A DNA stretch of 64,000 nt from Blastocladiella emersonii ATCC 22665 (Eukaryota; Fungi; Blastocladiomycota), in NCBI GenBank assembly GCA_025594325.1, contig JANHCV010000006.1:1957496-2021495 (forward strand). The letters run 5' to 3'. Below are positions 12,301 through 22,009 of the stretch, piece by piece. How positions within the stretch are numbered: position 1 is the stretch's first letter; every line of letters begins with the position of its first letter. The notes beneath the pieces were generated by a model, which saw only the letters and a list, made by a program, of their open reading frames with translations, was not told where the DNA came from and did not search any database. A program made the translations under genes and the position numbers.

Positions 12301-13826
12301 TGGCGCCCTCGTCCCACTCGAACGAGGAGTCCGTGATGGTGATGGCGTTGGTGACGGCGGGCGAGTCGTCGACGTAGTCGGGCTGCGACGTGAGCTCCTC
12401 GGCCTCGAGCAGCGCCTGGATACGGCCGATGGCGACCTTGGCGTCGACCGAGAAGGCGATGATCATGGGCAGGACTATAGAGCGAGAATCCGTTGAGTTG
12501 TCAGTCGAAGATCACACCAACGATCACGGCTGGTGGCGACCGGCGGCGACCGCGACCACGACGCGTGATGGTGACCACGCGCGACCGCACGCTCGAGGCA
12601 CACGCCACACACGAAAACCACGTTAACGTACACATGAGGGGAAGACGCAGCTGATTGAAGAGCGCCAGAGACGAGAAGACCACGGCGGGCGTGAGCGGGT
12701 TGCCCTGCCAGTAGTACACGGCGTACATGAGGATGGACGCGATCGAGGGCATGAGCGAGGCGAGGGCGTTGATGTTGGCGCGCCAGACGGCGAGGCGGCG
12801 CACGAGGCCGAGCTCGCGCTCGCGCAGCTCCATGACGGCGTCGGTGGCGAGCGACTCCCAGCCCATGAGCTTGAGCACCTTGGACGACTGCAGCATCTCG
12901 GTCATGAGCCGCACGCGCTCGTCGGTCACGAGCTGCGACTGCTTGCGCACGCCCGTCAAGACCGTCATGACCTTGCCTTGGATGGGCATGAAGACAACCA
13001 GGAGCAAAAACCCGACGGCGACGGGCAGCCCGTCGAGCAGCCGGACCAGCAGCGCCAGCGTCACGGCGATCTGGATCGGCGCCGACCAGATCATGTGGAG
13101 GAACTGCAGCACGATCTCGAGGCGGTACACGTCGGAGGCGATGATGTTGGTGACTTTGCCCGGGTTGAAGGCGCCGGCGCGGGCGCGGGCCGACAGGCGG
13201 AGCGATTTCGCGTACACGGCCGTCACCATGCCCGAGCGCAGGCGCATGCCGACCTTGGCGGCGATGACGAAGAGGATCGAGTTACAGAAGGTGGTGGCGA
13301 GCTGGAGGCCGAACATGGCGAGGACGAGCAGGTAGCCGTAGGACGCGTCGTGGCCCGAGCCGGGGAACTGGCGCGGGAACCGCAGGTGCAGGTCCTCGAG
13401 CGTGAAATACTCGAGCAGCGACTGCAGCACCGTCGGACTGTACACCTGGGCGGCGATGCCGAGGGCGTGCGGGATGGCGGCGAGCGCCCACGTCGTGCCG
13501 AAGACGGTCCAGAGCATGCGGAGCAGCGACGCGGGCTTCCCGTCGGCGCGCGCCGTCTCGGCATTCCACCCGTCCTCGACGAGCTTGCCGTTGTGCTCGG
13601 CCGACAGCTGGTCGTAGAGCTGGTACATGTCCGACTGCTCGAGCGGGGCGCGGTACCCGCGGCGGATCGTCGGCGTCATCCACGAGAAGAGCAGCCACGA
13701 CAGCCAGTTGACGCGGCCCTCGGGGATGATCTTGGTGTCCTTGGGCGCCCGCTTGTCAACGGCGGGTGGCGCAGCCGTTGCCGGCGTGGCCGTGACCTTC
13801 TCGTCGATCTGGACGGTGGCGGCCAT
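9325..13826 (-). CDS. ABCC (MRP/YOR1-type) full-size ABC transporter without TMD0
   Basis: Exons 13826-12632, 12474-10272, 10200-9979, 9907-9754, 9683-9583 and 9523-9325, all joined in frame by GT-AG introns. TMD1-NBD1 ([12 protein letters not shown]), then TMD2-NBD2 ([35 protein letters not shown]). The start ATG at 13826 is inferred. Confidence 0.93.
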
Positions 13827-14523
13827 GGCGAAGGTGGTGGCGGAGGTGATGGAGGGCGAACTGGTCGTGGCCGCGGTGCTTGACGATGTCGATGGGCGTG
13901 AAGGTGCAGGAGGAGCGACGACGACCACGAGCGCAGACCAAGTGGTAGAACTTGGTGGCGACGATGATCCAAAGAGCGCTGGGCGGCGGGAGAGCGAGGG
14001 CGGCCGCGGGTTCTTGTAGGCCGCGGGGGCGACGCCGTCCCTGACATCGGCGAAGGGTCAGAAACCCTCATGGCCGCAGGCGTGGTCGCGGCGACGCGGG
14101 AGGGTTACATCCGCGCGTGTGGCGGCGTGGCGCAATGGCCTGGACCCGCTTTGCCCACTGCCGCCCCGCTTGTTTGGCCGCGGGGCGCCGCCTTGGCGGG
14201 GAAGCGGCGGCGCCGCCGGCGCTGCGAGGGCGACCGGGCCTCCGCTTTGCCGAGCGGATACGCGGGCGCGGTCGCGCGCGCCTCGACCGCTTCTCCGCGT
14301 GGATCCGTCATCCACGGCCAGCCAGGTGGCGCACGCACTCCATCGCGAGCGGCGTCGCGAAAGATTCCATGGCGCGCACGGGAAGCATCGCGGGAGATGT
14401 CGCGACAAGTTCTCCAAAGTCGGAGGCGATGATCCGGGTGGTGATCGCGGTCAGGTGCAGCCAGAGTAGCATGATATCATAGTGTATTAGTCGAGTGTAG
14501 CTAGAACAGGGGGCAGGCTAGGG

Positions 14524-16062
14524 TTACTTGGTCCGGGTCAGGACCTTCTCGGTGAGCTGGACGAGGGCGTCGCGGGCGGGCGACGGTGGCCACGCGCCGA
14601 GGGCGGCCGCGGCCGTCTGCGCGTGCACGGCGGCCCAGTCGCGCGTCTTGACGAGCCCCTGGCTCGCGTGGACGAGGTCAAAGGCGAGCGCCGCGTCGTC
14701 GGGCTCCGAGAAGCGGCGGTCGATGAGCGGCTGCAGCTCCGGGTACTCTTGCGCGGCGAACAGGACGGGCGCGGTGGCGAGGCCGAGCTTGAGGTCGGCG
14801 CCGCCCGCGGGCTTGCCGAAGGTGACGGCGGACCCGGTGAAGTCGAGCAGGTCGTCGACGAGCTGGAACGCGAGCCCGAGGTGCTTGCCGTACGTGTAGG
14901 CCACGTCGGCGACGGCAGGTGGCGCGCCGCCGAGCACGGTCGCGGCGCGGCACGACTTGGCGATGAGGGCGGCTGTCTTGAGGTACGTCTTCTCCATGTA
15001 GTGGTCAAACGCCGGGGACGGGTTCGGGACGGCCGAGGGCGACTGCCACGAGGGCGTTGGCCCGGACCCGGTGTTGCGCAGCTGCATGACCTCGCCCTCG
15101 ACGAGGTCAGCGATGACGGTGGCGAGCAGCTCGACGACCTCGCAGTGGCGCAGGCGGGCGAGGGAGAGCGAGGCGCGGGCGAGCAGGTAGTCGCCGGCGA
15201 GAATCGCCATCTTGTTGCCGTGCTCGGCGTTGACCGAGGGAACGCCACGGCGCGTGGCGGCCGCGTCGATGACGTCGTCGTGCAGCAGCGAGGCGGTGTG
15301 GATCATCTCGGTGATTTCGGCGAGGCGGCGCTGCGTCGGCAGGATGCCGGACGCGCTCACGTCGTAGGCGGTGGCGGAGAACCCGCGGGTCACGTCGTCG
15401 TGGGCGAGGACGGGGCTGATGGGGGTGTCCATGTAGGCGAACGAGCCCGTGTGCGGCTGGCGGGCGGCGGCGTCGACGGGAACGACTGAGGGCGCGGGGG
15501 CGGCGGTCCCTGGTGGGTGGGCGGTGCGGGCGGCGAGCGAGATGAGGAGGACGAGCAGCGGGCGGATGTGCTTGCCGTTCTGGTTGAAGTAGTAGTGCGA
15601 CATGCGGCGCAGCACTTCGCTGTCGGTGGTGAGCAGCTTCTGGACGTTGGCGGTGAGCGAGGCCATGTCCTGGCCGAGGATCTCCATGGGGTCGACGAGC
15701 TTGCCGCCGGGCGGGACGACGAGCTTCTCGGCGTGCGCAAGCGTCTGGTTCCACGACGCCTGCGCGGATAGTGGTGGCAAGGCGGCCGCGGCCTGCGCGG
15801 AGCCGCTCGCGGCAGACAGCGAGCCGAAGAGGCGGGACAGCGACGCCGCGGCCGCGCCCACCCAGCTTGCCGAAGGAGCAGCAGTCGCCGGTGCCGGCGT
15901 CGCAGCAGCCGTGGCGGCAGGACCGGCCGCGGTCGACTTGGCCGCCGAGGGAGCGACGGCGGTCGAGCGGGACCGCGCGCCCGTGGCAGCGAGCGCAGGG
16001 ACGAGGCGGCGGCCCGCCACGCGCCGCGCGGCGAGGGCCGGGCGGATCGAGTTGGCCAGCAT
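14524..16062 (-). CDS. COQ1: Trans-polyprenyl diphosphate synthase for ubiquinone side chain (COQ1/Dps1-like) with mitochondrial presequence
   Basis: GKHIRP, FARM LLHDDVID, GNKMAILAGDYLL, KTA and SARM FQLVDDLLD motifs. The first ATG of the 822-aa ORF that gives an Arg/Ala-rich presequence is at 16062. Confidence 0.92.
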   Translation of the reverse strand: MLANSIRPALAARRVAGRRLVPALAATGARSRSTAVAPSAAKSTAAGPAATAAATPAPATAAPSASWVGAAAASLSRLFGSLSAASGSAQAAAALPPLSAQASWNQTLAHAEKLVVPPGGKLVDPMEILGQDMASLTANVQKLLTTDSEVLRRMSHYYFNQNGKHIRPLLVLLISLAARTAHPPGTAAPAPSVVPVDAAARQPHTGSFAYMDTPISPVLAHDDVTRGFSATAYDVSASGILPTQRRLAEITEMIHTASLLHDDVIDAAATRRGVPSVNAEHGNKMAILAGDYLLARASLSLARLRHCEVVELLATVIADLVEGEVMQLRNTGSGPTPSWQSPSAVPNPSPAFDHYMEKTYLKTAALIAKSCRAATVLGGAPPAVADVAYTYGKHLGLAFQLVDDLLDFTGSAVTFGKPAGGADLKLGLATAPVLFAAQEYPELQPLIDRRFSEPDDAALAFDLVHASQGLVKTRDWAAVHAQTAAAALGAWPPSPARDALVQLTEKVLTRTK

Positions 16063-16620
16063 GGTGCGTGATGTTCTCGCGGGCAGATCGCAGGGGGTTC
16101 CGAGCGGACGCAGGAGTCGATGCGTGGAGATCGGGGCAGCAGCGCGGGCGCCTCGAGCGATGGTGCAGCTTCGTTGCAAGTACGTGGTGGTCGGGAGAGA
16201 GCCAGGGACTGGGGCGGCGGCCAGCTGGCTGACGAGAGGAGTGGTGGCCGAGCAGGTGGCCGAGCCGCGATGGAAACTTGTTGTATCACGCGAGATCAGC
16301 CGCCGCCCGCCGCCCGATGAACAACGCGTTTCGGGCCACGCCCGGCCCCGGACCGCGAGGGTTGCTCGCAGCGCGCACTCAATTGCATCATTGCGCGCGG
16401 CCGAGGATATCCGTGCTCTGCTGCGACCGTTGGCGGCCCGAAAGCGTTTGGCTCTGGTGGTCAGTGTGGCCGCGCGGCACGTGGCCGCTGCGAGACTCGC
16501 TGCGAGACACGGCTCGCGACGCGTCGCGCCACGCGTTCCCCGCCCACTCTCGACACCGCGCCGCTCCCCCCACTCGACCTCGACCCCGTTGACCCGTTGA
16601 CTCGTTTCACGCCCGTGATC

Positions 16621-18549
16621 ATGCTCTCGAGCGCCGTGCCCGCCATGTACCAACCGCCACCGCAGCAGCGCGCTTCGCAGCCCGACCTGACGCGGCTGCC
16701 GTCGCTTCCCGCCGACGCGCCGCAGCCCACTCCGCCGCCCGACTACCCGTCGCTGTCGCGCGGAACCCCAAAGTCCGTCGACCTGCTCACGGGCCCGGGC
16801 AAGCTGCGCGGCTTCTTCCACGCCGTCCGCCAGGATGTGCCCGAGCACGCCGCGGGTCGCCGCCTGCACAATGCCCAGGCCCACCCGTTCGGCATGTCGG
16901 GCCCGCTCCCGCCTCCCTCCTCGACGACGTCCAACGGCGATGCGGGACCTGGGGGAGGGAGCGGCGTCCCCGCGCTGCCGTCGATCCACCAAAAGTACGA
17001 GCGGATGCTGGGCAAGAAGCCCGGGTCGCCGCGGGCCGCCACGCGCGGAAACGGCACTGCGACGGGCAGCTCAGGCGATCTCACCGACGACCGCGCGGCC
17101 GACACGCGCAAGTCGACGTCGTCGCTTTCGCCGAGCAAGCGCGCCAACTCGTCGGGCATCCCCGTCCCGCGCTCGCGCACCGTCCCGATGCGCACCGCGT
17201 CCTCGACCGTGCACCAGGCCGTCCACGCTGCTGGCGCCGCCGCGTCGGCAAAAAGTCCGTCCGCGCGTCGCTCGCTGCCGCCTGGCCGCAGCAGCCGGAA
17301 CGGCAGCGTCGCGGGCAGCACCACGAGCCTGATCCCCGGCCCCAACACGGCCGCGCGACGGACTGCGCCGCCGCACCCGCATCATCGCGGTCCTCCGCCG
17401 CCGCTACCGCTCCAGCAGCAGCAGCCGGACCCCGTCTCGGCCGCGGCGTACCGCGCCATGGGCTACGTGACCTCGGCTCCGCCGTGGGACGCGGCCAACG
17501 CGCAAATGTACGCCGCCGCCGTCGCTGGCCAGTACCCGTCGTCGTCACCGCAGTCGCAGATGGCCATGCCGCCGTGGACGGGGTACCCGCCGCCGCCGAA
17601 CCAGCAGATACTGCAGCATCAGCAGACGTCGATGCTTCCCTTGTATCCGCAGCCGCCGCCGACCGGCATCCCCATGGCCCCGTCGGCCGCGGCCAAGATC
17701 CAGTCGGCGCGGTTGCGCCAGCAGCAGATGCACCAGTCGCGCGCCGCCTCGCTCGCGTCGCTCGCTCCCGCGCCCAACGACGGCCAGCAGCCGTTCTGGC
17801 AGCAGCAACAGCCGCAGCCCGTCCAGTACGCGCCGTGGCCGCCGCAACAGCAACAACAACAACAACAACCGCAGCAGTGGCAGAACATGGCCGCCGCCGG
17901 CCAGGGCCAGCCGTACCAACATCAGCAGCAGCCGCAGTACTACCCTCCTCAACTGCAACAACCACCGCCGCCGGCTGTCGCGCACCTTGCACCATCACGG
18001 CCGCCAGTTTCGACGAGTGCTGCCGCCGCGCCATCGCTGAAACCTGCTGCCGCCAAGAAGGCGCCCGAGCCGCGGCCGCAGCCTCTGAAGCAGAAATCGG
18101 CCAAGACCGCTGCGCCGCCGCCGTCTAACTCGACGTCGCCTGCGCCCAAGGCCCGCGAGACACCCGCTCCCGCTGCTGCTGCACCTTCGAAACCAGCGCC
18201 GCCGCCGCAAGAGCCAGTCGAGCCCGCCGCTGCGCCTACGCCGACGCCGAAACCGCCGCGCAAGAAGCCCGCGGCGACGACGGCGGCCGACGAGAAACCG
18301 CTCCCTCGCCCGCTCGCCGAGATCCCTGCGAACGCGACGATCCCGCCCGACCTCGCGGCCGCGGACCCGAACCCGTCGCTCGTGCCGTGCGGCCAGTGCG
18401 GGCGCAAGTTTGCCGCCGACCGGCTCGCCAAGCACGAACCGATCTGCGCGACGGCGGCCGCGGGCAAGGAGCGCCGCGGGACCATGGACATGGCCGAGAT
18501 GCGGCGCGCGGCCATCGTGAGGGAGAACTCGCCCGAGAAGCGGCACTGA
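16621..18549 (+). CDS. Pro/Gln-rich low-complexity protein with a C-terminal C2HC zinc finger (ZC2HC1/zf-C2HC_2-like)
   Basis: LVPCGQCGRKFAADRLAKHEPIC near the C-terminus. Coding-like codon usage across the ORF; polyQ tract at about 17845-17875. Confidence 0.75.
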   Translation: MLSSAVPAMYQPPPQQRASQPDLTRLPSLPADAPQPTPPPDYPSLSRGTPKSVDLLTGPGKLRGFFHAVRQDVPEHAAGRRLHNAQAHPFGMSGPLPPPSSTTSNGDAGPGGGSGVPALPSIHQKYERMLGKKPGSPRAATRGNGTATGSSGDLTDDRAADTRKSTSSLSPSKRANSSGIPVPRSRTVPMRTASSTVHQAVHAAGAAASAKSPSARRSLPPGRSSRNGSVAGSTTSLIPGPNTAARRTAPPHPHHRGPPPPLPLQQQQPDPVSAAAYRAMGYVTSAPPWDAANAQMYAAAVAGQYPSSSPQSQMAMPPWTGYPPPPNQQILQHQQTSMLPLYPQPPPTGIPMAPSAAAKIQSARLRQQQMHQSRAASLASLAPAPNDGQQPFWQQQQPQPVQYAPWPPQQQQQQQQPQQWQNMAAAGQGQPYQHQQQPQYYPPQLQQPPPPAVAHLAPSRPPVSTSAAAAPSLKPAAAKKAPEPRPQPLKQKSAKTAAPPPSNSTSPAPKARETPAPAAAAPSKPAPPPQEPVEPAAAPTPTPKPPRKKPAATTAADEKPLPRPLAEIPANATIPPDLAAADPNPSLVPCGQCGRKFAADRLAKHEPICATAAAGKERRGTMDMAEMRRAAIVRENSPEKRH

Positions 18550-18666
18550 CTGAGCGAGAGTCGAGAGAGGCAGGCAGACAGAGACGGAGAAGATTTTTGA
18601 ATAGAAGTGACGATCGTGTACATGTGTATTGTGTGAGAATCCAAAAACTCGGGGAGCAAAAGCTGC

Positions 18667-21600
18667 TTAGAGCGAGGCAACGACGCGGGAGCCAGCGGCG
18701 TCGACGAGGTCGACCCACTTCTCGCCGTCGTAGATCTGGCGGAGGAAGTCGGACGAGCCCTCGCCCATGGCGCCGACGGCGCCGGGGATGCCGGCCTTGC
18801 GCACGTCCTCGCTGGTGAGCGCGAGCTTGTACGCGTCGACGGCGGCGGCGCCCGTGAGCTCCTTCTCCTTGCCGGCGCCCGTGCGCACCTTGACGACGCT
18901 CGGGACCTGGATCGCCTCCTCGAACGACATCCAGATGCCGGTCGTGACCGAGATGGCAATCACCTCGAACGACGTCTCGCACGAGATCACGTCCCACGAG
19001 CCGGGAACCGTGGTCGGCTTGGGCGCGGCCGTCGAGGTCGAGGTGCAGGGGGTCGAGGTCGAGGTCGAGGTCGAGGTCGGCTTCTGGCAGTCAATGCCGT
19101 TGCACGTCTTGGTCGAGGTGGTCGACGAGGTCGTGGTGGTGGCGGGGACCGACGTGGGCACCTCGGTGGCGGTCTTGGTCGACGTGGTGGTCGACGACGG
19201 CGTCTGGCAGTCGATACCGTTGCAGGTCTTGGTCGAGGTCGACGCGGTCGAAGTCGAGGCGGACGTGGTCACGGCAGTCGAGGTCGAGGTCGAGGCCGAG
19301 GTGGTGACGGTGACCGACGTCGAGACCTCAGTGGCGGTCGACGACGTGGGCTTGGGCTGCTCGGGCTCCTTGCCGGTGTTGGTGGTGCACGGGGTCGACG
19401 ACGACGCGGGCACGGGCGTGGCGGTGGTCGAGGTGACGGGGCAGTCGTAGCCGACGCACGCCGTCGAGGTCGGGACCGTGGTCTCGGACGCGGGCTTGGT
19501 CTCGGTGCTGGTGCAGGGCGTGGTGGTCGGGACGGGCGCGGGCGTGGTGCAGTCGTAGCCGTTGCAGCCGGGCGTCGTGGTCGGGACGGTCGTCTCGGTC
19601 GCGGGCTTGGTCTCGGTGCAGGGCGTAGAAGTCTCGGCGGGGACGGTCGGGACCTCGGTGGCGGTCTTGGTGCACGGGGTGGTCGAGGGAACCGGGGCGG
19701 GCGTGGTGCAGTCGTAACCGTTGCAGCCGGGGGTGGTGGTCGGGACCGTGGTCTCGGTGGCCGGCTTGGTCTCGGTGCAGGGCGTCGAGGTCGGGACGGG
19801 CGCCACGGGCGTGGTGCAGTCGTAGCCGTTGCAGCCGGGCGTCGTCGTGGGGACGGTGGTCTCGGTGGCGGGCTTGGTCTCGGTGCAGGGGGTGGTGGTC
19901 GGGACCGGGGTCTCGGTGCACGGCGTCGACTTCTCGGCGGGGACGGTCGGGACCTCGGTGGCGGTCTTGGTCGTCTCGGTGCAGGGCACGGTCGGGACGG
20001 GCGTCGGCTCCTTGGGGACCTCGGTGGCGGTGCCGGGCGTCGGCGTGCAGTCGTAGCCGTTGCACGGGGTGGTGGTCGGGACGGGGGTCTCGGTGCAGGG
20101 CGTGGTGACGGGGACCGGGGTCTCGGTGCACGGCGTGGTGGTCTCGGCCGGGACCGTGGGCACCTCGGTGGCGGTGGCGGGCTTGGTCTCGGTGCAGGGC
20201 ACGGTCGGGACGGGCGTGGGCTCCTTGGGGACCTCGGTGGCGGTGCCGGGCGTCGGAGTGCAGTCGTAGCCGTTGCACGGGGTGGTGGTGGGCTTGGGCT
20301 GCTCGGGGACGGTGGCGGGGACGGTGGCGGGGACGGTCGGGACCTCGGTGGCGGTGCCGGGGATGGTCTCGGTGCAGGGCACGGTGATGGTCGGGATCTC
20401 GGTGTCGACGGGCACGGTGGTGGTCGGCTTGGGCTTGCACACGGTGCAGGTGGTCTTCTTGGGCGGGGGAGGGAGCGGGGTCTCCTCCTCGCACGGCACC
20501 GTGACGGTGGGCACCTCGGTTTCGACGGGGACGGTCGGCGTGGGCTTGGGCTTGCACACGGTGCACGGCGTCTTGGTCGGGACCGAGGTGGTCGGGACGG
20601 CGGTGTCGACGGGCGGTGGGGGCACGACCGTGGTGGCGGGCGGCGTGTACGTGTCGACGGGCGGCGGGGGCACGACCGTGGTGGCGGGCGGCGTGTACGT
20701 GTCGACGGGAGGAGGAGGCACGACGGTGGTCTTGGGCGGCGTGTACGTGTCGACGGGCGGCGGGGGAACGACGGTGGTCTTGGGCGGGCAGTCGGGGCCG
20801 GGGCACACCGGGGTGGTGGGCTTGGGCTGCTCGGGCTCCTTGGGCGGCACGCAGTCGGGGCCGTCGCACGGCACGGTGGGCACGGGCTTGGGCACGCAGT
20901 CCTTGCCGTCGCACGGGACGGTCGGGACGGGCTTGGGCACGCAGTCCTTGCCGTCGCAGGGCACCGTGGGCTTGGGGGCCGGGGCGGTGCAGGAGGTGCA
21001 CGGCTTGCGGGTGCGGCACTTCTTGTGCTTCTTGGTCTTGGTGACGGGCGCCGTGGTCGGGACCTCGGTGGCGGTCTTGACGGGGGTGCCGGTGCACGGG
21101 GTGGTGGTGGCGGGGACGGTGGACGAGGCGGGGACGGTCGGGTAGCCGGTCGGGGTGGCCTTGCCCGTGGACGACGAGATGACGGTGCCGGTGGCGGTCG
21201 AGGAGGCGGGGACGGGGGTCGACGAGGTGGCGGGCGGCTTGGGCACGGCGGTGGTCGGGGGCGGGGTGGGCTTGGGGGTGTAGGCCTCGTTGCGCTTGCG
21301 GAGGAGCGGCGAGTTCTTGAGCGACTTGTTCTCGTACTTGCACTTGCGCACGGTGACGAGGGTGAAGGACTTGTAGGTGACCGAGGCGGAGAAGGACAGC
21401 TTGGTCTTGATGAAGTCGGACTGGGCCGTGACGCCGCCGAGCTGCTTGGCGATGGGCGAGCCCTTGGACTTGAGGAAGGACACGGCCTTGCTGCTGAAGT
21501 CGTCGATGTCGGAGCAGCACTTGCCCTCCTTCTCGCAGGTGGACAGGCAGCTGCAGGCGAGCGCGCTGGAGCGGCCGGGCGCGAGCGTGTCGGCGCAGGA

Positions 21601-21786
21601 CATGGCCATGCCGGCCGACGCTACGAAGGGACGAGCGAGGGGGATCCGAGTCAGCGCGATGATCGGCGAGGGCGAGGGCGGGCGGCGAGAGCGCCGAGCG
21701 CGCGAGAAGAACGCACCGTCGAGCGGGGCGGCGTTGACCGAGGGGGCCAGGTAGGCCATGACGGCGATGAGGGTAAGCAGCTGCAT
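18667..21786 (-). CDS. Secreted mucin-like Thr/Pro/Cys tandem-repeat protein
   Basis: Signal peptide MQLLTLIAVMAYLAPSVNA and a probable 96-nt in-frame intron at 21716-21621 (GTGCGT..TAG). A Cys-rich N-terminal module is followed by nested repeats (PCDGKDCVPKPVPTV, TTVVPPPPVDTYTPP, TPCTET, CNGYDC, CNGIDCQ) and a non-repetitive C-terminal ~110 aa. Confidence 0.85.
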   Translation of the reverse strand: MQLLTLIAVMAYLAPSVNAAPLDGAFFSRARRSRRPPSPSPIIALTRIPLARPFVASAGMAMSCADTLAPGRSSALACSCLSTCEKEGKCCSDIDDFSSKAVSFLKSKGSPIAKQLGGVTAQSDFIKTKLSFSASVTYKSFTLVTVRKCKYENKSLKNSPLLRKRNEAYTPKPTPPPTTAVPKPPATSSTPVPASSTATGTVISSSTGKATPTGYPTVPASSTVPATTTPCTGTPVKTATEVPTTAPVTKTKKHKKCRTRKPCTSCTAPAPKPTVPCDGKDCVPKPVPTVPCDGKDCVPKPVPTVPCDGPDCVPPKEPEQPKPTTPVCPGPDCPPKTTVVPPPPVDTYTPPKTTVVPPPPVDTYTPPATTVVPPPPVDTYTPPATTVVPPPPVDTAVPTTSVPTKTPCTVCKPKPTPTVPVETEVPTVTVPCEEETPLPPPPKKTTCTVCKPKPTTTVPVDTEIPTITVPCTETIPGTATEVPTVPATVPATVPEQPKPTTTPCNGYDCTPTPGTATEVPKEPTPVPTVPCTETKPATATEVPTVPAETTTPCTETPVPVTTPCTETPVPTTTPCNGYDCTPTPGTATEVPKEPTPVPTVPCTETTKTATEVPTVPAEKSTPCTETPVPTTTPCTETKPATETTVPTTTPGCNGYDCTTPVAPVPTSTPCTETKPATETTVPTTTPGCNGYDCTTPAPVPSTTPCTKTATEVPTVPAETSTPCTETKPATETTVPTTTPGCNGYDCTTPAPVPTTTPCTSTETKPASETTVPTSTACVGYDCPVTSTTATPVPASSSTPCTTNTGKEPEQPKPTSSTATEVSTSVTVTTSASTSTSTAVTTSASTSTASTSTKTCNGIDCQTPSSTTTSTKTATEVPTSVPATTTTSSTTSTKTCNGIDCQKPTSTSTSTSTPCTSTSTAAPKPTTVPGSWDVISCETSFEVIAISVTTGIWMSFEEAIQVPSVVKVRTGAGKEKELTGAAAVDAYKLALTSEDVRKAGIPGAVGAMGEGSSDFLRQIYDGEKWVDLVDAAGSRVVASL
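19080..20960 (-). repeat. Coding minisatellites within the secreted protein gene
   Basis: 45-nt units at about 20590-20780 (TTVVPPPPVDTYTPP) and 20840-20960 (PCDGKDCVPKPVPTV). Longer duplicated blocks at 19500-19870 and 19980-20290; duplicated CNGIDCQ block at 19080-19240. Confidence 0.85.
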
Positions 21787-22002
21787 CTTGGTGTAGGAGG
21801 GGTGGTGGTGGTCGGGCGTGTAGTGTAGCGTCGCGAGGAGGTGGTGGTGGAGGGGTTGGTCGTCACGGACAGCGAGCGATCCAGTCTATGGGGAGGAAGT
21901 ATGGACAAGAGGAGGGGAGGGAGGGATGTCGATCGTCTATAGAATCTCACAGGTCCGTGGAACGACTGGCAAGGGAGATAGGAGGGCCGGGGCGCGCGCC
22001 GT

Positions 22003-22009
22003 CTTTATA
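22003..22009 (-). promoter_or_regulatory. TATA box candidate for the secreted-protein gene
   Basis: TATAAAG on the minus strand, about 220 bp upstream of the ATG at 21786, in very GC-rich context. Confidence 0.55.

Noticed and set aside
14524-16992. 822-aa COQ1 ORF implying a large N-terminal extension
   Set aside because: The upstream 310 codons start at a non-ATG codon, overlap the neighbouring gene's start and look non-coding; ATG 16062 gives a normal presequence.
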